Assembly (NCBI GenBank): GCA_043228905.1
Contig: JBHGNT010000003.1
Coordinates: 24,242,001-24,306,000 of the forward strand
Source: Azolla caroliniana
Taxonomy: Eukaryota > Plantae > Polypodiophyta
Direction of reading: 5' to 3'
DNA: 64,000 nucleotides
This document shows positions 63,449-64,000 of the stretch, in pieces. Below the pieces are notes generated by a model. The model ran no database searches. It was not told the origin of the DNA and saw only the letters and a list, made by a program, of their open reading frames with translations. How positions within the stretch are numbered: position 1 is the stretch's first letter; each line of letters starts with the position of its first letter. The translations under genes and the position numbers were made by a program.

Positions 63449-64000
63449 ACGTGTAAAATCACATGTAATATGACTCTCCTTACCATGACTCCATTATATG
63501 TGAAGTCATCTTAAAGAACCAAGGTAAACAATTAAATATGCATAAGACATGGTGCATTATAGCTAGGTCTAATGAAAGTGTAATGACTACCAACCCTATT
63601 TATAGCAAAGTATAATTAACATGATTGAGAATGCACATTTTGGGGTTTATTATAGGGTTAACCTCCCTACGTTTTGCCAAGCATGGGGTAATGTGTTGCA
63701 AACCATAATCTCGCATTCGGCAAAACACTATAAAGTTGTCCAAGTTTATTTGCATAAACATAAGTATGAGTATATCTAATACTTCCAGAATGATCCATTA
63801 AATTCATGGTTGGTGTAGTTTTCAACCCGAAAATCTTCACGGATATCTCAAATGCACCCATTCTAAAATGAAGGCGGTATTCTTCTAATATTCGATCACC
63901 ATGCACACTTGATTGTAACCTTATGACCATTGAGAATACAAATTCTAACCGACAATGGTATTGAGGATGGAATTAGTGAAAGGGATGAGAAATGGGTTGG

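Overview
AT-rich eukaryotic nuclear DNA from a land plant, most likely a fern or other non-seed vascular plant (inferred from the very long PLS-PPR gene, (AG)n-rich leaders and the retroelement type). There are seven host genes, five of them reconstructed exon by exon from GT-AG boundaries with consistent phase: CSI1-like ARM/C2 protein (-, last exon outside the window), TCTP (+), an intronless PLS-E class PPR (+), an intronless SPT2-like protein (-), an IMPACT/YigZ-family gene (-), a GIP1/DUF1296-like gene (-) and a nucleus-encoded plastid sigma-70 factor (-). Mobile DNA: a decayed Ty1/copia fragment in the last CSI1 intron, two hAT-type non-autonomous elements, a Mutator-type MITE with a perfect 9-bp TSD, and a 7.5-kb GC-rich Ty3/gypsy composite made of two oppositely oriented, nested family members. 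A mitochondrial-type tRNA-fMet pseudogene is also present. The most unusual signals are in the gypsy composite: a candidate -1 ribosomal frameshift (GGATTTT plus stem-loop) placed after the protease, a tRNA-Trp primer-binding site and a 4-bp TSD. Two host proteins also carry repeat expansions: about 11 His/acidic decapeptides in the sigma factor and a triplicated RDYS-type motif in SPT2. No CRISPR arrays or rRNA genes were seen, and I found no convincing wholly new multi-gene system.
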